Assembly (NCBI GenBank): GCA_038065955.1
Contig: JBBTPY010000003.1
Span: forward strand, 39,624-103,623
Direction: 5' to 3'
DNA length: 64,000 nucleotides
Origin: Patescibacteria group bacterium
GTDB taxonomy: Bacteria; Patescibacteriota; Minisyncoccia; UBA6257; UBA9933
A program made the position numbers and the translations under genes. The stretch's first letter is position 1. The number at the start of each line of letters is the position of its first letter. The notes beneath the pieces were generated by a model, which searched no databases, had not been told where the DNA came from, and saw only the letters and a list, made by a program, of their open reading frames with translations. Positions 60,022-64,000 of this stretch are shown piece by piece.

Positions 60022-60276
60022 TTACAAGCTATTATGTATTAAGGCAAATTTCTTCTTCCTACTCCATCCTTTAAGTTGCCGCTCTCGTTTTGCGGCTTCT
60101 GTTTTTGAATTAAATTGCTCTTTATAAACCATTTCCAATTTAGAAAACTTTTTTGTAAAAAATGATTTCTTATTTCTGTGCTCTATAAATCTAGACTCTA
60201 AATCATTTGTCATACCGACGTAAAAAGTTTTCTTATCGCAATTTAATATATAGATATACCACATAATAGCTTGCAC
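60022..60276 (-). CDS. GIY-YIG nuclease family protein
   Basis: 84 aa: YIYILNCDKKTFYVGMTNDLESRFIEHRN...ALIHNSL matches the GIY-YIG fold motifs. Confidence 0.8.
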   Translation of the reverse strand: MQAIMWYIYILNCDKKTFYVGMTNDLESRFIEHRNKKSFFTKKFSKLEMVYKEQFNSKTEAAKRERQLKGWSRKKKFALIHNSL

Positions 60277-60292
60277 TGAGCTTGTCGAAGTG

Positions 60293-60363
60293 CTGCGGGA
60301 CTTGGATTCGAACCAAGATAGATGCCTTCAAAGGGCACAGTCCTACCGTTAGACGATCCCGCA
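60293..60363 (-). tRNA. tRNA-Gln (anticodon TTG), U1-A72, G73, no encoded CCA
   Basis: reverse complement folds as acceptor TGCGGGA/TCCCGCA, anticodon stem GTGCC/GGCAT with loop CTTTGAA, T arm CTTGG-TTCGAAT-CCAAG. Confidence 0.8.
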
Positions 60364-60368
60364 AAAAT

Positions 60369-60396
60369 AAATACCGACTAGTGATAGTCGGTATTT
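60369..60396. terminator. bidirectional hairpin terminator
   Basis: aaataccgacta-gtga-tagtcggtattt flanked by A-runs and T-runs. Confidence 0.7.
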
Positions 60397-60441
60397 ATTT
60401 TACTCGTTTTTTTATATTCCGTAAATCCCTAACACCATATT

Positions 60442-61224
60442 TTAATTTGCCCAGATAACAAAAGTGAAAAGTTTTTCTCCTCTCCCTAAATCGCGTCCAA
60501 ATAGAGAGTGATTTTCCCGACTATCTTTGCGAAGACTCTTACCCCAAGCGGACGGATTGTCTAAATCAACATTATCACCGTTGCCTTTTGGAAGCGCCGC
60601 CCCGCCAGCAAGCTTACTAGCAAGAGTGGTAGTCCCGTCAAGATGGGTGTAAATTAACTCAAGCTGGTCGTAATCGTGCTGATTTGGATGCTGATTAGTT
60701 GACGGGTCGTTGGTGTAATCCATGCAAGTGCCGAGATTTGGATTATCAAAATTTTCGTCCTGATGGTCAAGCCCGAGCGTGTGGCCGACTTCCTGACACA
60801 TAACCAAATTTTTCCAAGCTTCGGTGTTATAGGTTGGCGTATTGAAATAAGTATCGTTTACTTTAACGGCGCCTTTAGTAATATGATCGCCGCTTACCCA
60901 AATTTGAGCTACGCCTAACCAACCGTTTCTGCCGTATTTTTTATTGCACACTTCTACGCGGCCGTTAACGGGTTTGCAGTTTTTTAAATACGCTCCGGAA
61001 ACAATTGCCGTGTCTAAAACCGAAGACACGCTCCAATCGCCGGAAGTAGTGGAAAGATAAGCGTCCCAATCAGAAGAAAGATTGTCTCCCAATTTCAATG
61101 TAAGGGGATTACTAGTTCGCGCCCAGTGATAATTGCCCCAGGAATGGATAGCGTTTACGATTGACGCGGAAAGAATAACGACAGCCGCCAATACTCCAAA
61201 AATTACCGAATATTTTTTAATCAT
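60442..61224 (-). CDS. secreted metzincin-like protein with a variant zinc motif (QExxHxxGxxH plus Met-turn)
   Basis: signal peptide; CQEVGHTLGLDHQ...GTCMDYT. Confidence 0.5.
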   Translation of the reverse strand: MIKKYSVIFGVLAAVVILSASIVNAIHSWGNYHWARTSNPLTLKLGDNLSSDWDAYLSTTSGDWSVSSVLDTAIVSGAYLKNCKPVNGRVEVCNKKYGRNGWLGVAQIWVSGDHITKGAVKVNDTYFNTPTYNTEAWKNLVMCQEVGHTLGLDHQDENFDNPNLGTCMDYTNDPSTNQHPNQHDYDQLELIYTHLDGTTTLASKLAGGAALPKGNGDNVDLDNPSAWGKSLRKDSRENHSLFGRDLGRGEKLFTFVIWAN

Positions 61225-61290
61225 ATTTAATATTTAATTTATGCGACCTTTTTATTTTTATTTCCTTAAATTTTCAATCTTTCGACAAGC

Positions 61291-62394
61291 TCAAGATTTC
61301 AGGTTTTCAATTATCGCCACTTCCAGAGGGACAATGGGAAAAGGGGAGTAGCGCATTTCCGTGTAAGCCCGGATTAGCGATTTAATCAAGTTGATTGTTT
61401 TTTGTTCATCAATTAACCGGCTGTGTTCTTTGATTTTTCCGAGTTCCATTTCAGTCAATTCTTTTTTAAATTCGTTTTCCAAAGCCGGGGCGAATTTCAG
61501 GGCCAAAACGCGGCGGAAATAATGTATTAAGTCTTTATTAAATTGCGTCAGATTATAACCGGCTTCGTTTATTTTAGAAAGATAATTTAAAGCGATTTCC
61601 GTATTGTTTTTAAGCAGAGCTTCCGCCATTTGGCTTGTTTTGGAAAAACTTACCCGGCCGAGAATCGTTTCCACGCTTTCAAGGGTGATTTCTTCTTCAA
61701 GCGACGCTATTTGGTCCAAAAGCGATTCGGCGTCGCGGAAACTGCCTTCGGCCGAGGCGGCGATAAGTTCCAGCGCCTCTTCGTTCGCGGAAATTTTTTC
61801 CGCTTTAGCGATGGATTTTAATTTTTCAACCAAAATCATCAGCGGCAGGCGTTTAAAATGAAATCTTTGCGTTCGCGAAAGAATCGTTGCCGGCATTTTT
61901 TCGTATTCGGTGGTGGCCAAAATGAAAATGGCGTGAGCCGGCGGCTCTTCCAAAGTTTTAAGCAGGGCGTTAAAAGCGTCTTTGGTAAGCTGGTGGGCTT
62001 CGTCAATAATATAAATTTTGTATTTTGAGGAAGCGGGGGAGACGCGAACGCTTTCTTTAAGGTTTCTGATTTCATCAATACCGCGATTGGAAGCGGCGTC
62101 TATTTCAATCACGTCCAAATTGCGGCCGTTATCAATATCTTGGCAAGTTCGGCATTCATTACAAGGTTCGCCGACAGTCTTAAATTTTTTGTCGTTTTGC
62201 CGTTTTTCGCAGTTGGCGATTTTGGCGAGCAATCGCGCCGTGGTGGTTTTACCGCTGCCGCGCGGGCCGAAAAACAAATAAGCGTGCGCCAGGCGGTCAA
62301 GCTTGGCGGCGTTTTTCAAAATCTCAACAATGGTATTTTGGCCGAGCAAATCATTTAAACTTTTAGGCCGATATTTGCGATATAAAGCAAGCAT
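61291..62394 (-). CDS. dnaX: DNA polymerase III subunit gamma/tau (short form)
   Basis: YRPKSLNDLLGQ; Walker A GPRGSGKTT; zinc module CxxC; 367 aa. Confidence 0.9.
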   Translation of the reverse strand: MLALYRKYRPKSLNDLLGQNTIVEILKNAAKLDRLAHAYLFFGPRGSGKTTTARLLAKIANCEKRQNDKKFKTVGEPCNECRTCQDIDNGRNLDVIEIDAASNRGIDEIRNLKESVRVSPASSKYKIYIIDEAHQLTKDAFNALLKTLEEPPAHAIFILATTEYEKMPATILSRTQRFHFKRLPLMILVEKLKSIAKAEKISANEEALELIAASAEGSFRDAESLLDQIASLEEEITLESVETILGRVSFSKTSQMAEALLKNNTEIALNYLSKINEAGYNLTQFNKDLIHYFRRVLALKFAPALENEFKKELTEMELGKIKEHSRLIDEQKTINLIKSLIRAYTEMRYSPFPIVPLEVAIIENLKS

Positions 62395-62480
62395 ATATTT
62401 TCATTTTACCAAATTTTCTTTATTTTGGCTAATTTATTAAACATTTACAACTGTTATTTTATGATTTAACATTAAGCAAA

Positions 62481-63797
62481 ATGCGGTATTATGTCTTCGG
62501 TTTTTTATTTTTAACGGTCGCGGCGGGCGCCTCTTTTTTTGTTTTGACGAAAAATAATAATATTGAAATTATTACAGATATTGTTGATTTTACCGGTAAG
62601 GTTAATAGTTCTTCAACCGTAAATAATACCAATAACGAATCGGTTGTTAAAAATATTGATATTGAAAATCAAAAGCCGTTAAGCAATCCGCCAGAAACTA
62701 TTAAGGCGATTTATTTGACCGGCTGGTCGGCTGGCAGTTCCAAAAAAATAGATTATCTCGTGAATCTGGCGAAAGAAACAGAAATAAACGCCGTGGTCAT
62801 TGACATTAAAGATTACTCCGGCTACATCGCTTATGACATAGATAACGAAGAAATTGAAAAATACAAAGCCAAAAAAATAATGATTCCGAAAATAAACGCT
62901 TTGATTAAAAAACTTCACGATGAAGGCATTTATGTTATTGCCAGAATCACGGTTTTTCAGGACCCTGTTTTGGCGAAAGCCCGACCGGATTTGGCAATTC
63001 ACTCCAAAGCAAAGTGTCAAGTGTCAGGTGTCAAGTGTCAGGTGTCGCCGTCAACTCTTTGGCTTGACAATAAAAAACTCGCCTGGATTGACCCGGCCGC
63101 CGAAGAAGCGTGGAATTATAATATTACCATCGCCAAAGACGCGGCAAGCAGGGGATTTGACGAAATAAATTTTGATTATATCCGTTTCGCTTCGGACGGC
63201 GATTTGAAAGATATGATTTTTCCATCAACACAGATAGACACAGATAAAACGCAGATAAACACAGATAATAATTATAACTCGGTAGCTTTAAGAAGAAAAG
63301 TTATCAAAAGTTTTTTTAAATATTTAAGAGAACAATTGCCGAATATAAAAATTTCAGCGGATTTATTCGGTTTAGTCACCGTAAATAAAGACGATATGGG
63401 AATCGGCCAGATTATTGAAGACGCTTATGAATATTTTGATTATGTTTCTCCAATGGTTTACCCGTCGCATTACGCCAAAGGATTTATCGGTTATCAAAAT
63501 CCGGCGAAATATCCGTATGAAGTGATAAAATATTCAATGGATAGCGCTCTGTCGCGACTAACGACTCACAACTTACGACTTACAACAGCGACTTCCACAA
63601 CTATATCTACAACTACTTCGTCGTTGGTCAAACTCCGTCCCTGGCTTCAGGATTTCAATTTAGGGGCGAAATATGACGCAAAAATGGTAAAAGAGCAAAT
63701 TCAGGCGGTTTATGATGCCGCTTCAAGCACTCCGGAACTGGCAAACGGATGGATGTTGTGGAATCCGGCGAATAATTATACGCGCGACGCGCTTTAA
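62481..63797 (+). CDS. putative secreted glycoside-hydrolase-like TIM-barrel protein (YngK/DUF4015-like)
   Basis: signal anchor; IKAIYLTGWSAG...INAVVIDIKDYSGYIAYD motif; three internal tandem-repeat tracts. Confidence 0.45.
   Translation: MRYYVFGFLFLTVAAGASFFVLTKNNNIEIITDIVDFTGKVNSSSTVNNTNNESVVKNIDIENQKPLSNPPETIKAIYLTGWSAGSSKKIDYLVNLAKETEINAVVIDIKDYSGYIAYDIDNEEIEKYKAKKIMIPKINALIKKLHDEGIYVIARITVFQDPVLAKARPDLAIHSKAKCQVSGVKCQVSPSTLWLDNKKLAWIDPAAEEAWNYNITIAKDAASRGFDEINFDYIRFASDGDLKDMIFPSTQIDTDKTQINTDNNYNSVALRRKVIKSFFKYLREQLPNIKISADLFGLVTVNKDDMGIGQIIEDAYEYFDYVSPMVYPSHYAKGFIGYQNPAKYPYEVIKYSMDSALSRLTTHNLRLTTATSTTISTTTSSLVKLRPWLQDFNLGAKYDAKMVKEQIQAVYDAASSTPELANGWMLWNPANNYTRDAL
63014..63055 (+). repeat. 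heptamer tandem repeat GTGTCAA/GTGTCAG x6 inside the coding sequence
   Basis: gtgtcaa gtgtcag gtgtcaa gtgtcag gtgtcgc cgtcaac; encodes KCQVSGVKCQVSPS. Confidence 0.9.
63229..63270 (+). repeat. about 10-bp tandem repeat (cagata-rich) inside the coding sequence
   Basis: cagatagaca cagataaaac gcagataaac acagataata; encodes QIDTDKTQINTDNN. Confidence 0.8.
63555..63620 (+). repeat. about 12-bp tandem repeat (tacgact-tacaac-like) inside the coding sequence
   Basis: cgactaacgactcacaacttacgacttacaacagcgacttccacaactatatctacaactacttcg; encodes RLTTHNLRLTTATSTTISTTTSS. Confidence 0.8.
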
Positions 63798-63809
63798 GCG
63801 ACACTAAAA

Positions 63810-64000
63810 ATGCGAATACACACGAATGACACAAATAAAATTATATATCCTGAGTTATCTTATAAGATAACCGGTTTATGTTATAAAGTTCAAAATGAAT
63901 TAGAAAGATTTTGTAGAGAGAAACAATATTCTGATGCGCTGGAAATAAAATTAAAACAAAATAATATTAAATATGAGCGAGAGAAAATAATTATAAATGA
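63810..64000 (+). CDS. GxxExxY family protein (partial, runs off the window end)
   Basis: MRIHTNDTNKIIYPELSYKITGLCYKVQNELERFCREKQYSDALEIKLKQNNIKYEREKII matches the family N-terminal pattern. Confidence 0.6.
   Translation, partial: MRIHTNDTNKIIYPELSYKITGLCYKVQNELERFCREKQYSDALEIKLKQNNIKYEREKIIIN

Overview
This 64-kb window looks like a low-GC bacterial chromosome segment. Its traits match Candidate Phyla Radiation/Patescibacteria-like genomes, which is an inference from gene content and not a database hit. Those traits are an S10-spc-type ribosomal operon with no L30 gene between rpsE and rplO, a type-Z S14, small GIY-YIG, GxxExxY and four-helix-bundle genes, and type IV pilus genes. Positions 34-11120 hold a contiguous ribosomal-protein block (rplC through rplO, then secY, adk and map). 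This is followed by housekeeping genes: a GT2 glycosyltransferase, greA, lysS, serS, two GT-C/GT39 membrane glycosyltransferases, ychF, pyk, prfB with its conserved +1 programmed frameshift, ftsEX, a HIT protein, rpsU, groES/groEL, pth, lepB, hisS, a Kef-type antiporter and dnaX. Accessory content sits in five places. (1) A palindrome-rich, compositionally odd locus lies at 18215-19495. (2) A small island lies next to tRNA-Thr (26290-26365). It is a GC-rich foreign-looking 641-aa ORF bracketed by about 185-bp direct repeats and about 50-bp inverted repeats, followed by a Phd/YefM-RelE/ParE toxin-antitoxin pair. (3) A large cell-surface locus runs from 39.9 to 46.2 kb. It holds a 1271-aa TIG/FN3-like protein and paralogous repeat-domain proteins, with a duplicated 5' gene fragment and a NYN pseudogene upstream. 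(4) A type IV pilus locus spans 46.4-59.9 kb (pilins, PilM-PilN fusion, PilO-like, PilB, PilC) and includes an embedded two-component system. (5) A GIY-YIG gene is flanked by a 17-bp duplication of the tRNA-Gln 3' end. The most unusual signal is a family of heptanucleotide tandem repeats with a GTCAGAT/ATCTGAC core. They sit in opposite orientations on either side of the start codons of three pilus-locus genes, and they encode the abnormally long leader peptides of two prepilins. Related 7-mer tracts occur at gene ends and inside coding regions elsewhere in the window.
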